Shown here: one piece after another, positions 1 through 13,641 of the stretch | Numbering within the stretch: position 1 is the first letter of the stretch | How the letters are laid out: the number at the start of each line of letters is the position of its first letter | NCBI GenBank assembly: GCA_024638505.1 | Contig: JAHEKE010000012.1 | Coordinates: forward strand, 7,509-71,508 | Length of the DNA stretch: 64,000 bases | Direction: 5' to 3' | Source: Gammaproteobacteria bacterium | GTDB lineage: Bacteria; Pseudomonadota; Gammaproteobacteria; Arenicellales; JAANXG01 | The notes under the pieces: model-generated | What the model saw: the letters and a program-made list of their open reading frames with translations, nothing else | What the model was told of the DNA's origin: nothing | The model's database searches: none | Position numbers and translations under genes: made by a program

Positions 1-756
<756 letters not shown>

Positions 757-852
757 TTCGCCCGGCTGCGACAGCAGCATGATTGCTTAGTCAAGGCCTA
801 TGCGACTGCGTTAGAATCAACCTCCACACCGAATTACCATAGGAAATGATCA

Positions 853-3510
853 GTGAACAGTTTTAATGCTCGAACTTCGTTAACGGCTGCCGGTAACAAC
901 TATGAGATTTATGCGCTGGACGCCCTGCGTGACAAGTATGACCTGGGGCGGCTTCCGTATTGCCTGAAAATCCTCCTCGAAAACCTGCTGCGTCACGAAG
1001 ATGGTGTCAACGTCACGGCGAAAGACGTTGTCGCGCTGGCGACGTGGGATCCGAAGGCGGAACCGACAGAGGAAATCTCGTTTACTCCCGCGCGCGTGCT
1101 GATGCAGGATTTTACGGGTGTACCGGCTGTAGTTGATCTTGCCGCAATGCGGGATGCGATGCGTGAACTCAGCGCTGAGCCGGACAAGATTAATCCGTTA
1201 TCGCCGGCGGATCTGGTTATTGATCACTCGCTGATGGTCGATCACTACGGCACAACGGACGCCCTTGATCTAAATGCGGCGCTTGAATACAAGCGGAACT
1301 TAGAGCGTTATCAGTTTCTCAAATGGGGGCAGAAATCCTTCAGCAATTTCAGAGTAGTGCCGCCTGAAACCGGTATTGTTCATCAGGTCAACCTTGAGTA
1401 CCTGGCGCAGGTCGTATTCAGTAAAACCGTCGATGGTCGGCACCATGCTTATCCCGATACGCTGGTTGGGACGGATTCTCATACGACGATGATCAACGGC
1501 TTAGGCGTACTCGGATGGGGGGTAGGCGGTATTGAGGCTGAGGCAGCCATGCTTGGCCAGCCAATCCCTATGCTCATCCCGCAGGTCGTGGGGTTTAAAC
1601 TTACCGGCGCGCTGCCAGAGGGGGCAACAGCTACGGACCTGGTGCTTACCGTAGTACAGATGTTAAGGCAGAAAGGGGTCGTAGGTAAGTTTGTTGAGTT
1701 CTTTGGGGACGGGCTGGACAGCTTGTCCCTGGCGGATCAGGCCACCATTGCAAACATGGCGCCAGAGTATGGCGCAACCTGCGGTATTTTCCCCATCGAC
1801 CAGGCAGCATTGGATTACCTGGAGCTCACCGGGCGCAGTGATGAGCAAATTGAGCTGGTTGAAGTCTATGCCAGGCGCCAGGGCATGTTCCGGCAAACCG
1901 GCTCTGCGCCCGCAGACTACTCTGCTGTCCTTGAGCTCAACATGTCTGAGGTCGAGCCAAGCCTGGCGGGTCCGAAAAGGCCGCAGGATCGGATCCCGCT
2001 GCGCTCATGCAAAACCGTCATTAATGAACATCTGCGGGAGATGCAGCCACAACCTGCACCAGCGCAGAAGGTCTCTGTCGGCGGACAGGATTTTGAGCTG
2101 AAAGATGGGGATATCGTGATTGCAGCGATTACCAGCTGCACCAACACGTCAAATCCAGATGTAATCATGGGTGCGGGGCTGTTAGCCAAGGCCGCTGTAG
2201 AACGCGGAATAAAGGTCAAGCCGTGGGTTAAGACTTCATTAGCGCCGGGTTCAAAAGTGGTTACCGAATACTTGAACAAGGCGAATCTCATGCCGGCGCT
2301 GCGGGCTCTTGGATTTGACGTTGTCGGATACGGTTGTACCACTTGTATTGGAAACTCCGGTCCCCTGCTGCAAGAGATCAGCCAGGCGATTCACGCCGCA
2401 AATCTAGTCGCCTGCTCCGTGCTGTCTGGAAATCGAAACTTTGAGGGCAGAATACATGCGGATGTAAAGATGAACTTCCTGGCTTCCCCGCCCCTGGTCG
2501 TGGCTTACGCTATTGCCGGCACCACTAATATCGATCTATTCAACGATCCCCTTGCTCAGGATAGCGAGGGGAAAGACGTATATCTGAAAGATATCTGGCC
2601 ATCGCAGCAGCACATCAATGATGCGGTAAACGCCACGATCTCGCGGGAAATGTTTCAAGCAAAGTACGCCGACATTCTTACTGGCGACGCCCGCTGGCAG
2701 AAGATAAAGCCGCCAGAGGGGGCACTGTTTGCCTGGGAGACCGAATCAACATACGTACGCAAACCGCCTTTTTTTGATGGTATGTCGCGCACGAAGGGGG
2801 ATATTACGCCAATCAAGGGCGCACGCGTCCTGGCGAAGCTGGGCGACAGCATCACAACCGACCATATCTCTCCTGCCGGTGCAATCAAGCCGGATTCGCC
2901 GGCTGGTGAGTATCTGATTGCCCACGGCGTGTCACCTGCAGAGTTCAACAGCTATGGTTCCCGTCGGGGTAACCATGAAGTCATGATGCGCGGCACCTTC
3001 GCCAACATTCGCTTGCGCAACGAACTTGCGCCTGGCACGGAAGGTGGGTGGACGCGTTATATTGAAGATGACGAGGAAATGGCCATTTATGATGCTGCCA
3101 TGCGCTACCAGTCGGCCGGTATTCCTCTGCTGGTGATTGCCGGTAAGGAATACGGTACCGGCTCCTCCCGGGACTGGGCGGCGAAGGGCACTCGATTGCT
3201 TGGGGTGCGTGCGGTGATCGTGGAATCCTACGAACGTATTCACAGGTCAAACCTGATAGGAATGGGTGTGCTGCCACTGCAGTTCAAACCGGGTCAGGAT
3301 CGCAATACGCTCGAATTGACCGGAAAGGAGGAGTACAGCCTCGGCCAGCTTGAGGTTGGCTGCCAAGAGGTAAGGGTAATGGCGGATGACAGATCATTCG
3401 ATGTGGATGTGCGTATCGACACACCTAAGGAATGGGAATATTACGTGCACGGCGGTATTTTGCAGTATGTTATTCGACAATTGATCGGAGCAAAACAAAA
3501 GGCGGCGTAA
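853..3510 (+). CDS. acnA: Aconitate hydratase A (monomeric aconitase / IRP family)
   Basis: 885-aa ORF with a GTG start 6 nt after AGGAAA. Motifs: [43 protein letters not shown] (cluster cysteines) and [16 protein letters not shown]. Confidence 0.95.
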   Translation: MNSFNARTSLTAAGNNYEIYALDALRDKYDLGRLPYCLKILLENLLRHEDGVNVTAKDVVALATWDPKAEPTEEISFTPARVLMQDFTGVPAVVDLAAMRDAMRELSAEPDKINPLSPADLVIDHSLMVDHYGTTDALDLNAALEYKRNLERYQFLKWGQKSFSNFRVVPPETGIVHQVNLEYLAQVVFSKTVDGRHHAYPDTLVGTDSHTTMINGLGVLGWGVGGIEAEAAMLGQPIPMLIPQVVGFKLTGALPEGATATDLVLTVVQMLRQKGVVGKFVEFFGDGLDSLSLADQATIANMAPEYGATCGIFPIDQAALDYLELTGRSDEQIELVEVYARRQGMFRQTGSAPADYSAVLELNMSEVEPSLAGPKRPQDRIPLRSCKTVINEHLREMQPQPAPAQKVSVGGQDFELKDGDIVIAAITSCTNTSNPDVIMGAGLLAKAAVERGIKVKPWVKTSLAPGSKVVTEYLNKANLMPALRALGFDVVGYGCTTCIGNSGPLLQEISQAIHAANLVACSVLSGNRNFEGRIHADVKMNFLASPPLVVAYAIAGTTNIDLFNDPLAQDSEGKDVYLKDIWPSQQHINDAVNATISREMFQAKYADILTGDARWQKIKPPEGALFAWETESTYVRKPPFFDGMSRTKGDITPIKGARVLAKLGDSITTDHISPAGAIKPDSPAGEYLIAHGVSPAEFNSYGSRRGNHEVMMRGTFANIRLRNELAPGTEGGWTRYIEDDEEMAIYDAAMRYQSAGIPLLVIAGKEYGTGSSRDWAAKGTRLLGVRAVIVESYERIHRSNLIGMGVLPLQFKPGQDRNTLELTGKEEYSLGQLEVGCQEVRVMADDRSFDVDVRIDTPKEWEYYVHGGILQYVIRQLIGAKQKAA

Positions 3511-3655
3511 GAAAAGAAGCTGGTCAAATGAAACATTTTGATCAGACCCAGGCCGGCATTGTTCCACCCGACCTGTAGGTTATCGGTTTTCTTGATGCTG
3601 CGGGCGACACGCGCACAAGATGACACCGCATCCCAGCCGTCTTGCGCCGGATTAA

Positions 3656-3955
3656 CTAAAACACTTTTTTAAAAGGTTTTACATCTGTCCGCGCATACAC
3701 GCCGGCAGCTGTATAAGGATCATTTTCCGCCCACTTTTGGGCAGCGTTAAGGGAGTCAAATTCGGCAATAATTACACTGCCGCTGAATCCAGCTTCGCCC
3801 GGATCCTCTCCGTCGACATTGGGGCAGGGTCCTGCGGTCAGCAGGCGACCTTCGTTGCGCAGCTGTTGCAGGCGCGCGATGTGTCCGGGTCGAGCGGCGA
3901 GGCGCTCCTGCAGGCTGTTGTCCTTGTCGTACCCAATGATCACATAGTACATCAC
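3656..3955 (-). CDS. yciI: YciI-like protein
   Basis: 99 aa, near-colinear with E. coli YciI (RPAHLARLQ...EGRLLTAGP...DPGxAGFxGSxxIAEFxSLxAAQxWAxxDPYxAAGVY...VKPFKKVF). Its start overlaps the yciB stop. Confidence 0.9.
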   Translation of the reverse strand: MMYYVIIGYDKDNSLQERLAARPGHIARLQQLRNEGRLLTAGPCPNVDGEDPGEAGFSGSVIIAEFDSLNAAQKWAENDPYTAAGVYARTDVKPFKKVF

Positions 3956-4521
3956 GACTCTCCCTGCTCTTCAGTCTTAATATATTTTGATGCAAATGCC
4001 ATGACGATGAACATAAATAACAGGGTTAGGATCAGCGTACCGAATACTTTAAAGTTTACCCAATGCTCCCGCTGCACATCAGGGTCGAGGTCTGCCCCGT
4101 AAACAAAAGCAACGTACAAGTTTAATAACCCCATGAACAGGGTGAACAGAACAAAGCTGGTGTTCATGTTGCGCCATATTCGATCGGGCAGGGCAATTTG
4201 TGCTCCCATTACGTGCTCTATCGCCGTTTTTTTTCCAAATAGCTGAGTGCACAGCAGGATAATAGAAAACAACCAGTAGACCACGGTAGGTTTCCAGCGA
4301 ATGAACGTATCATCTTGCAAAATAATGGTCAGCCCGCCAAAGAGAACGATCCCCGCCAGGGTGATCCAGTGCATCGTTTCTATCTTGCGACCTGAAAACT
4401 TAAGCCATCCCACCTGCGTAATCGAGGCGGCGATGGCCACGCCGGTTGCTACGAATATGCCGTAGGTCTTGAAGGCAATGAAAAACAGAAGTATTGGAAA
4501 AAAATCGAATAAAACCTTCAT
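3952..4521 (-). CDS. yciB: Intracellular septation protein A (YciB/IspZ)
   Basis: 189 aa, five hydrophobic segments. [18 protein letters not shown]..., [13 protein letters not shown] and WVNFKVFG match the YciB family. Confidence 0.9.
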   Translation of the reverse strand: MKVLFDFFPILLFFIAFKTYGIFVATGVAIAASITQVGWLKFSGRKIETMHWITLAGIVLFGGLTIILQDDTFIRWKPTVVYWLFSIILLCTQLFGKKTAIEHVMGAQIALPDRIWRNMNTSFVLFTLFMGLLNLYVAFVYGADLDPDVQREHWVNFKVFGTLILTLLFMFIVMAFASKYIKTEEQGES

Positions 4522-4861
4522 ATGCGAGAGAATTTTAGCGTGGCCAGCACTTGATTATATCAACTCTGTCCGCTTTGACCGAGAGCGCTAAGTTGCCGCG
4601 GTCGGGCGATCACTCCTTAAGTCCTGTGCAGGGTGGAGCTGCATCGGGGAAGAAGATTGTGGCCGATGTCTTCACCTCCAGTAGATATGAATACTACGTG
4701 CAGAGGCTGGTGAATGATGCATCGGCGCCGCGTTGACGGTGTTTGTTTTCGATCTTAAAGGGCAGGTGCGAATTTACCTGCAGTCACGTATTATCCGGGC
4801 TTTATCGGTAGCGGGTCGAGCGGACTGATTAAAAGGGGACTGGCATAAAAGTAAAGCGTCG

Positions 4862-5515
4862 ATGGAAAATCCGAGTTACATAGTAGTAGAGGGCCCGATA
4901 GGGGTGGGTAAAACGAGCCTGGCCCGCCGGCTGGCTGAGTCGCTCGACTGCGAATCGGTGCTGGAGCAGCCGAGCGAGAACCCGTTTTTGGAACGCTTTT
5001 ATCGGTCCCGCACGCAATACGCTCTGCCCACGCAGCTGTTTTTTCTGTTCCAACGGGTTCGCCAGCTGCAGGATTTGAAGCAAAGCGACTTGTTTAGCCA
5101 GGTCAGAATCGCCGATTTTATGCTGGATAAGGACGCGCTTTTTGCGCAAGTCACGCTGGACGATGACGAATACCGTCTGTATCAACAGGTTTATCGGCAA
5201 TTTTCCATCGATATACCTGAGCCTGATCTGGTGATCTTTCTGCAGGCACCTGTGGATGTTCTGCTGGAACGCATACGACGACGCGGCATCGACTACGAGA
5301 AATTGATCGATAAGCAGTATCTGCAAAATCTGGTGGATGCCTACACCATGTTTTTTCACAGATATAACACTTCACCGCTGCTCATTATCAATTCTGCGCA
5401 TATCAACATAGTTGACCGTGATGAAGATTATCAAATGCTGCTTGATCACATCAGAACTATAAAAAGCGGGCGCCACTACTTCAATCCGTTGCCTTCGGAT
5501 GTAATCCAGATCTAA
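4862..5515 (+). CDS. Deoxynucleoside kinase family protein
   Basis: 217 aa. P-loop IVVEGPIGVGKTSLARRL, then the ERF...DR...F pattern and the lid region LLERIRRRGIDYE typical of dNK/dGK-type kinases. Confidence 0.8.
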   Translation: MENPSYIVVEGPIGVGKTSLARRLAESLDCESVLEQPSENPFLERFYRSRTQYALPTQLFFLFQRVRQLQDLKQSDLFSQVRIADFMLDKDALFAQVTLDDDEYRLYQQVYRQFSIDIPEPDLVIFLQAPVDVLLERIRRRGIDYEKLIDKQYLQNLVDAYTMFFHRYNTSPLLIINSAHINIVDRDEDYQMLLDHIRTIKSGRHYFNPLPSDVIQI

Positions 5516-5551
5516 AGCCCGGAACACTGTCAATAAAGTTGGGGTTGGCGC

Positions 5552-6406
5552 ATGATAGTGGTAGACAGCATCGAAGGGGTGCGACAACTGGTGCGGACCT
5601 ATCGCAACCAGGACCAGACAGTTGCATTCGTTCCGACCATGGGCAATCTGCATCGAGGCCACGTCGCCCTGATAAAAAAAGCAAAAAAATACAATGGGCC
5701 GGTTGTGGTCAGCCTGTTTGTAAATCCGCTGCAGTTTGCAGAAAACGAGGATTTCTCAACTTATCCACGTACTCTAGAGCGCGACCGGGCAGTGCTTGAA
5801 GAACAGGATGTTGACCTACTTTTCCTGCCAGAGCAGCGAGTCATGTACCCACGCGGCCTGCAGCATCAAACTAAAGTGGAGGTGCCGGATCTGGGTAGCA
5901 TTCTAGAAGGTGTGACGCGCCCGCACTTCTTTCAAGGCGTCACTACCGTGGTCAACCGGTTGTTCAACATCGTGCAGGCCGATATTGCCATTTTCGGTAA
6001 GAAAGACTATCAGCAATGGGTCGTGATCAGGCGTATGGTTGAAGATTTAGCAATGCCCGTTGAGGTGGTGGGGGTCAATACAGTGCGCGAACAAGATGGT
6101 CTGGCGCTGAGTTCGCGCAACAGCTACCTGACTGCCGACCAGCGGCGCGTCGCCCCTGCGCTGTACCGAACTCTGCAGGGTGTGGCTGACAGCTTGCGAC
6201 GGGGCGAGGCAAATTATGCGCAGCTTGAAGAGCATGCCTGCGCCGACTTATCCGATAGCGGACTGCGACCAGACTATATCAGTATTCGCCACCGGCGCGA
6301 TCTGATGATGCCAGATAAAAATGAAACCGAGTATGTAGTTCTGGGAGCGGTCTATCTGGGTCAAACCAGACTGATTGACAACGTTGAGGTTAGCAGCAGA
6401 GTCTAG
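5552..6406 (+). CDS. panC: Pantoate--beta-alanine ligase
   Basis: 284 aa. VPTMGNLHRGHVALI (HxGH), VVSLFVNPLQF, FGKKDYQQ and GLALSSRN are canonical PanC motifs. Confidence 0.95.
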   Translation: MIVVDSIEGVRQLVRTYRNQDQTVAFVPTMGNLHRGHVALIKKAKKYNGPVVVSLFVNPLQFAENEDFSTYPRTLERDRAVLEEQDVDLLFLPEQRVMYPRGLQHQTKVEVPDLGSILEGVTRPHFFQGVTTVVNRLFNIVQADIAIFGKKDYQQWVVIRRMVEDLAMPVEVVGVNTVREQDGLALSSRNSYLTADQRRVAPALYRTLQGVADSLRRGEANYAQLEEHACADLSDSGLRPDYISIRHRRDLMMPDKNETEYVVLGAVYLGQTRLIDNVEVSSRV

Positions 6407-6453
6407 CCTGCTGCTTATTTTTTTCGTACGCACATGTGGTGGTGCTGAGCAGC

Positions 6454-6954
6454 ATGAAGATCCGACCGGCCAGATCTGCGCAACAGGTTCGCGATGCGGC
6501 TGACCTGATGTTGGCATTAGTGCGGTCCAATCGCAATCTGTATCAGGATCGGCCGCAGATGATTGAGGGCTACTACCGCGGGTCCTGGTTTTTTGCTGAC
6601 AAGCCGAAGGTGCCAGCGGCATGTCGCCCGCCGCATGGTGAGGTGCTGATCGCCTACGTGGGCCAAACACCAGCTGGAACAGTGGCCACCTGCCGCTTGG
6701 ATAACCTGCGATGTGAATTGAAATCGATGTTCATACGGCATGCTTTCCGCGGTCTAGGTATTGCCACTGCGTTGTGTCAAGCAGCCATTGATATTGCGCG
6801 TCAGCAGAATTACACGGGCGTGCGCTTAAGCACCGGTGAACGGCAGCCGGAAGCCCTTGCTCTGTACCAAAAGCTTGGATTTGAGCAGGTGCCGCCGTGG
6901 GAGACGGATCCTGACGGAGGGGTAAGCTACCTCGAATTCAGATTTACACCGTAG
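6454..6954 (+). CDS. GNAT-family N-acetyltransferase
   Basis: The ORF is open from 6436 (GTG); the ATG at 6454 gives MKIRPA.... The acetyl-CoA pocket FIRHAFRGLGIATALCQAAIDIARQ and the C-terminal ALALYQKLGFEQV are GNAT hallmarks. The start codon is uncertain. Confidence 0.7.
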   Translation: MKIRPARSAQQVRDAADLMLALVRSNRNLYQDRPQMIEGYYRGSWFFADKPKVPAACRPPHGEVLIAYVGQTPAGTVATCRLDNLRCELKSMFIRHAFRGLGIATALCQAAIDIARQQNYTGVRLSTGERQPEALALYQKLGFEQVPPWETDPDGGVSYLEFRFTP

Positions 6955-7165
6955 CCCAAGATATTCACTTCTTGCACAGGGTTTTCAATGGCCTAACGCT
7001 GTAGGTAGCGATTGGCTGGTGAAGATTTGTATAGTTAAATGTTTTCACATATGTTGATGCACGGACGAGTTTCTAATTGTGTTCAAATCATAAATACGAC
7101 TGGTGACAACTTTAGTAAACAAAGACGTGTCCAGCTTTGCCTTAACTTAACGAGCTGTTGCTGCG

Positions 7166-8716
7166 GTGATGGTGTCCACTCCTGTAAAGAACGTTCTGCT
7201 GATTACGTCAGACCAGTGGCGGGGTGACTGCCTGTCGGTCAATGACCACCCGTGCGTGCAAACCCCAAATTACGATGCGCTTGCGGCACAGGGGGTATAT
7301 TTTCGAAAGCACTTCGCCGTGTGCGCGCCGTGTGGCCCGGCGCGTGCCAGTCTGCTGAGCGGGATGTATATGCAGAATCACAGGGTGGTGCGCAACGGCA
7401 CACCGCTCGATGATCGCCACACCAACATCGCGCGGGAATTGCGCAAAGCGGGTTATGAGCCGGTTTTATTCGGTTACACCGACACCACGCTGGACCCGCG
7501 CGCGTATTCTGAGGCAGAGGTGAGGCAATACGGGTATGAAGGTATGCTGCCTGGGTTTACAGAAGGGCTGCTTCTCCCGGGTGACCGGCCTGATGCCTGG
7601 TTAAGGTATCTTAAGGCTCAGGGATATGCGATCGAGACGCTGGAGCAAGCGTACCGGCCGGTGGATAACTACGCGGGTGCAGCGCAAAAGGGGCGAACCT
7701 GGTCGCCCCCGATTTATGCGTCGGATCACAGCCAGACCGCGTTTCTGACCGGTGAAGTCATGCAGTACATTGAGCGGGCAAGCGATAACTGGTTTATTCA
7801 CCTTTCTTATCTGCGCCCACACCCTCCCTTCATTGCACCAGAGCCCTGGAACAAAATGTATGACGCAGATCAAGTGCCGCTGCCGGTGCGATCCGACAGC
7901 GTCAGCACTCAGGCTGCCACTCATCCCTGGCTGGCAGCTGCGCTTGGCCCCCATGGCGACTGGTTCGCGCCCTGGGTGCGGGAAGCTCTGCCTGCGGCAG
8001 ATTACGAGCGTGAAATCAGGCAGGTCATAGCCACATACTTGGGGCTGGTGTCCAAAGTGGATCACTATGTTGGCGAGCTTATGGGATTTCTCAAGTCGAT
8101 CGGGAAGTACGATGATACTCTGATTGTGCTGACTTCCGATCACGGTGAACTTCTCGGTGACCAGTGGTTGTTCGGTAAAAGCGGTTTCTTCGATTCCAGT
8201 TACTATATTCCGCTCATTATCAGAGATCCAGGCTCGCTCAGCCGGCAGCAGGGAGGCGTGGTTGACTGTTTCACGGAATCAGTCGACGTCATGCCGACTA
8301 TACTGGATGCCCTTGGGCTGGGCCTGCCGCGCCAGTGCGACGGCAGTTCCCTGCTGCCCTGGTTGCGGGGACAAGTTCCGCCCAACTGGCGGACGGAGGT
8401 GCACTGGGAGTATGACTTTCGTAGCGTGCAGAATCCGGCATTGGAAAGGCAGCTCGGGGTAGATATGGATCACTGCCAGCTCAACGTGATACGAAACAAC
8501 CGCTTTAAGTACGTTCACTTTACCGATTTGCCACCGCTCTTATTTGACCTTGAAAACGACAGCGCAGAGCTGATCAATTTGGTCGAGGACGAGGGGTATG
8601 CAGGCGCCGCGCTTGCCATGGCCAGTAAACTGTTGTCATGGCGGATGGCGAATGATGAAAGAGAGTTGACTGCGCTCCACGTAACGCGTGAAAGAATCTA
8701 CGCAAGAGGCGGTTGA
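7166..8716 (+). CDS. Formylglycine-type sulfatase-family enzyme, phosphonate monoester hydrolase (PMH)-like, cytoplasmic
   Basis: 516 aa with no signal peptide. NVLLITSDQWRGD, the Cys-type sulfatase signature CAPCGPARASLLSG (C-x-P-x-R), LRPHPPF, LTSDHGELLGD and a C-terminal FDLENDSAELINL are colinear, from memory, with the Rhizobium PMH family. Confidence 0.85.
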   Translation: MMVSTPVKNVLLITSDQWRGDCLSVNDHPCVQTPNYDALAAQGVYFRKHFAVCAPCGPARASLLSGMYMQNHRVVRNGTPLDDRHTNIARELRKAGYEPVLFGYTDTTLDPRAYSEAEVRQYGYEGMLPGFTEGLLLPGDRPDAWLRYLKAQGYAIETLEQAYRPVDNYAGAAQKGRTWSPPIYASDHSQTAFLTGEVMQYIERASDNWFIHLSYLRPHPPFIAPEPWNKMYDADQVPLPVRSDSVSTQAATHPWLAAALGPHGDWFAPWVREALPAADYEREIRQVIATYLGLVSKVDHYVGELMGFLKSIGKYDDTLIVLTSDHGELLGDQWLFGKSGFFDSSYYIPLIIRDPGSLSRQQGGVVDCFTESVDVMPTILDALGLGLPRQCDGSSLLPWLRGQVPPNWRTEVHWEYDFRSVQNPALERQLGVDMDHCQLNVIRNNRFKYVHFTDLPPLLFDLENDSAELINLVEDEGYAGAALAMASKLLSWRMANDERELTALHVTRERIYARGG

Positions 8717-8967
8717 AACGTGAGTGGGAAATGCATGGTATTGAGCGACATGAAGATGGGAATATACTCATGTGGTTTCAAATTATTCGCCACAGTCACA
8801 AAAAACATGAGAAACGAATCAAAGATAATGTTGCTGCAATTTAATCACGTTACGCAGGATGCAAAATGGTTAGGACGCGAAGCCTTGCTTGGCCTGTTCG
8901 CGCGTGCATGGTCGTATCCCCCGCTGAAAGGTCGGGAGTATGAGATTTCGTTGACGTTACGTATAGG

Positions 8968-9054
8968 TGGTACCGAGGGCCGGACTCGAACCGGCACGGT
9001 GTTGCCACCACCAGATTTTGAGTCTGGCGCGTCTACCAGTTTCGCCACCTCGGC
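8968..9054 (-). tRNA. tRNA-Leu (anticodon CAA)
   Basis: The reverse complement reads GCCGAGGTGGCGAAACTGGTAGACGCGCCAGACTCAAAATCTGGTGGTGGCAACACCGTGCCGGTTCGAGTCCGGCCCTCGGTACCA. It has a 7-bp acceptor stem, anticodon loop CU-CAA-AA, a long variable arm, a GGTTCGAGTCC T-arm and an encoded CCA. Confidence 0.9.
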
Positions 9055-9075
9055 AAGCGGGCGCTAAGTATAGCC

Positions 9076-11279
<2,204 letters not shown>

Positions 11280-11393
11280 CTGGCCATGGTCCGGAGGCGA
11301 AGCGGCTATTTTTTACCCTGCGCTATGGCATAATACCGCGCCCCGTTGAGGCGGGGCTCGATCGATACCCAATCGTACAACAAAGGTGAGACT

Positions 11394-11717
11394 ATGAACC
11401 TGTTTATTTCTGATGCTTGGGCCCAAACCGGAGAGGTGGGGGGCGGCTTGCTTGGGCTGCTCCCATTCGTACTCATTATCGTCGTGTTTTACTTTCTCCT
11501 GATTCGACCCCAGCAGAAGCGACAAAAGCAGCATCGTGAAATGGTGTCGAATCTCAAGAAAGGGGATGAAGTGGTCACCACCGGCGGTACATTAGGTCGT
11601 ATCACAGATGTGGGAGAAAATTTCATCACCCTGGAAGTTGCGGAGGGCGTGCAGGTCAAGGTGCAGAACCATGCGGTGCAGACGATGATGCCCAAAGGCA
11701 CGATAAAGGATGCTTAG
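11394..11717 (+). CDS. yajC: Preprotein translocase subunit YajC
   Basis: An ATG at 11394 preceded by AAAGGTGAG gives a 107-aa protein: one TM segment, then LIRPQQKRQKQHREMVSNLKKGDEVVTTGGTLGRI. The ORF track's TTG at 11346 is a less likely start. Confidence 0.9.
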   Translation: MNLFISDAWAQTGEVGGGLLGLLPFVLIIVVFYFLLIRPQQKRQKQHREMVSNLKKGDEVVTTGGTLGRITDVGENFITLEVAEGVQVKVQNHAVQTMMPKGTIKDA

Positions 11718-11742
11718 CTCCGGCGATTCATTTATTTAGCCT

Positions 11743-13626
11743 ATGAATCGTAATCCTCTATGGAAATACGTGATCATCGCGGCGGTGATCATCCCAGGTT
11801 TCTTGTACGCCTTGCCCAACCTTTATGGAGAAGATCCCGGCGTTCACGTTGCTGGCGTTGGCTCTTTTACCACCGATGAGGATACTCTGCGGCAGATTGA
11901 GCGTGCGCTGGCAGAACAGAATACCGCGCCTATCCGTACCACGCTCGATGCCACCGGCATACAAATGAGGTTCGCCGATACCGAGACCCAGCTCAAGGCA
12001 AAAGATGTGGTGCAGGCTGAACTGGGAGACGATTACACGGTGGCGCTGAGCTTATTACCGTCGACGCCAAACTGGCTGGCAGATCTGGGCGGGGCCCCGA
12101 TGTATCTGGGTCTCGATCTCCGAGGCGGCGTTCATTTCTTAATGGAAGTGGACGTCGAAGGCGCGATCAAGGCTGCGGAGGAGAGGTACGTCGCGGACCT
12201 GCGCAGCATCTTGCGCGAGTCAAAAGTACGCTATCTGACCATCCGCCGTTCAGCACAAGGCGGGATCGAAATCAAGTTTCGAGATGAACTGCAGCGTGAT
12301 CAGGGTCGTGAGGAGATACTCGATGAGCTATCCCAACTCAAGCTGGTCGATGATGAGAGAGAAGGGAAGCCCTTTATAGTCGCGAGCCTTCGAGAGGAGG
12401 CGGTAGAAGAGATAAAGAGTTTTGCTTTGCAGCAGAACATGACTTCGCTGAGGAACCGGGTGGATGAGCTGGGCGTAGCGGAGCCTGTTGTTCAGCAGCA
12501 GGGTGATCGTCGCATCGTAGTACAGCTGCCCGGGGTGCAGGATACCGCTAAAGCCAAAGAGATCCTGGGGCGTACGGCGACGCTAGAGATCAAACTGGTA
12601 GATGAGGAGCACGACCTGGAAAGTGCCATACGCGGATCCGTGCCAGCGGGATCCAGGCTCTACCGCCACCGTAATGGAAGTCAGATTCTGTTGAAAAAAC
12701 CCCTGATCTATTCCGGGCACAACATCGTTGATGCCGCTGCCGGCCGCGATCAGCTTAGCGGAACCGCAGTTGTGCATATTACGCTGGATTCCCGCGGTGC
12801 GGAAATTAACCAGCGCGTTACCGGTGAGAATGTCGGTCGGAGAATGGCGGTTGTGTTTGTCGAAGAACGCAGTGAAACCAAGCTGGATGAAGCCGGTCGA
12901 CCGGTAGTTAACGACCAGGGTGAAGTGGTTAAAACACGGAAAAGGATTGAAGAAGTGATCACCGCTCCGGTGATTCGTGAGCAGCTGGGCAAGCGTTTTC
13001 AGATCGAGGGCCTGGACAGCTCGGAGGAGGCGCAGGATCTGGCATTGCTGCTGCGCGCGGGCGCATTAGCGACGCCCATAGACATCATCGAAGAGAGGAC
13101 AATTGGCCCGAGCCTGGGGCGGGATAATATAAACCAGGGCTTCAGATCGGTCCTAATCGGATTCAGTCTGGTGTTGATTTTCATGCTCATCTACTACCGC
13201 TTGTTTGGCGTCGTTGCCTGCACCGCTCTGGTCCTGAATTTAGTACTGATTGTTTCCGTGCTGTCACTGCTACAGGCTACGCTGACGCTGCCCGGCGTGG
13301 CCGGCATCGTGTTAACGGTAGGCATGGCGGTGGATGCAAATGTGTTGATCTTTGAACGCATCCGTGAAGAGATACGAAACGGCAATACGCCGCAGGCCAG
13401 CATTCACGTTGGATATGACAAAGCTTTTGGTACCATATTAGACGCCAATTTCACTACTTTGATTGCTGCCATTGTGTTGTTCAGCATTGGCTCCGGGCCG
13501 GTCAAAGGATTTGCCGTAACCTTGAGCATTGGCATTCTAACGTCGATGTTTACCGCCATCTTCGGCACGCGGGCATTGATCAATCTCATGTATGGTGGCC
13601 GCCGAGTGCGCAAGCTGGCTATCTGA
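11743..13626 (+). CDS. secD: Protein translocase subunit SecD
   Basis: 627 aa. N-terminal TM, a large periplasmic domain (LGLDLRGGVHF) and a C-terminal 5-TM block with GIVLTVGMAVDANVLIFERIREE. Confidence 0.95.
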   Translation: MNRNPLWKYVIIAAVIIPGFLYALPNLYGEDPGVHVAGVGSFTTDEDTLRQIERALAEQNTAPIRTTLDATGIQMRFADTETQLKAKDVVQAELGDDYTVALSLLPSTPNWLADLGGAPMYLGLDLRGGVHFLMEVDVEGAIKAAEERYVADLRSILRESKVRYLTIRRSAQGGIEIKFRDELQRDQGREEILDELSQLKLVDDEREGKPFIVASLREEAVEEIKSFALQQNMTSLRNRVDELGVAEPVVQQQGDRRIVVQLPGVQDTAKAKEILGRTATLEIKLVDEEHDLESAIRGSVPAGSRLYRHRNGSQILLKKPLIYSGHNIVDAAAGRDQLSGTAVVHITLDSRGAEINQRVTGENVGRRMAVVFVEERSETKLDEAGRPVVNDQGEVVKTRKRIEEVITAPVIREQLGKRFQIEGLDSSEEAQDLALLLRAGALATPIDIIEERTIGPSLGRDNINQGFRSVLIGFSLVLIFMLIYYRLFGVVACTALVLNLVLIVSVLSLLQATLTLPGVAGIVLTVGMAVDANVLIFERIREEIRNGNTPQASIHVGYDKAFGTILDANFTTLIAAIVLFSIGSGPVKGFAVTLSIGILTSMFTAIFGTRALINLMYGGRRVRKLAI

Positions 13627-13641
13627 CCTTAAGTCTATGAC

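Noticed and set aside
4522-4861. A 340-nt gene-free spacer between yciB and the dNK gene, with a 61-aa ORF (4551-4736) and small hairpins such as GCAGGT-8 nt-ACCTGC at 4761-4780.
   Set aside because: I recognised no known RNA family signature (4.5S, 6S, RNase P, tmRNA, riboswitch cores). The ORF has no SD or motif. It most likely holds divergent promoters.
6955-8967. The idea that GNAT and PMH form a tRNA-Leu-integrated genomic island.
   Set aside because: There is no integrase, and I could not find a direct repeat of the tRNA 3' end (TGGTACCGAGGGCCGGACTCGAACC) at 6.4-7.2 kb. It is kept only as a weak presence/absence hypothesis in the findings.
8720-9067. A 115-aa ORF downstream of the PMH gene.
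   Set aside because: Its 3' third runs straight through the tRNA-Leu gene on the opposite strand. It has no SD and no motif, and is probably spurious.
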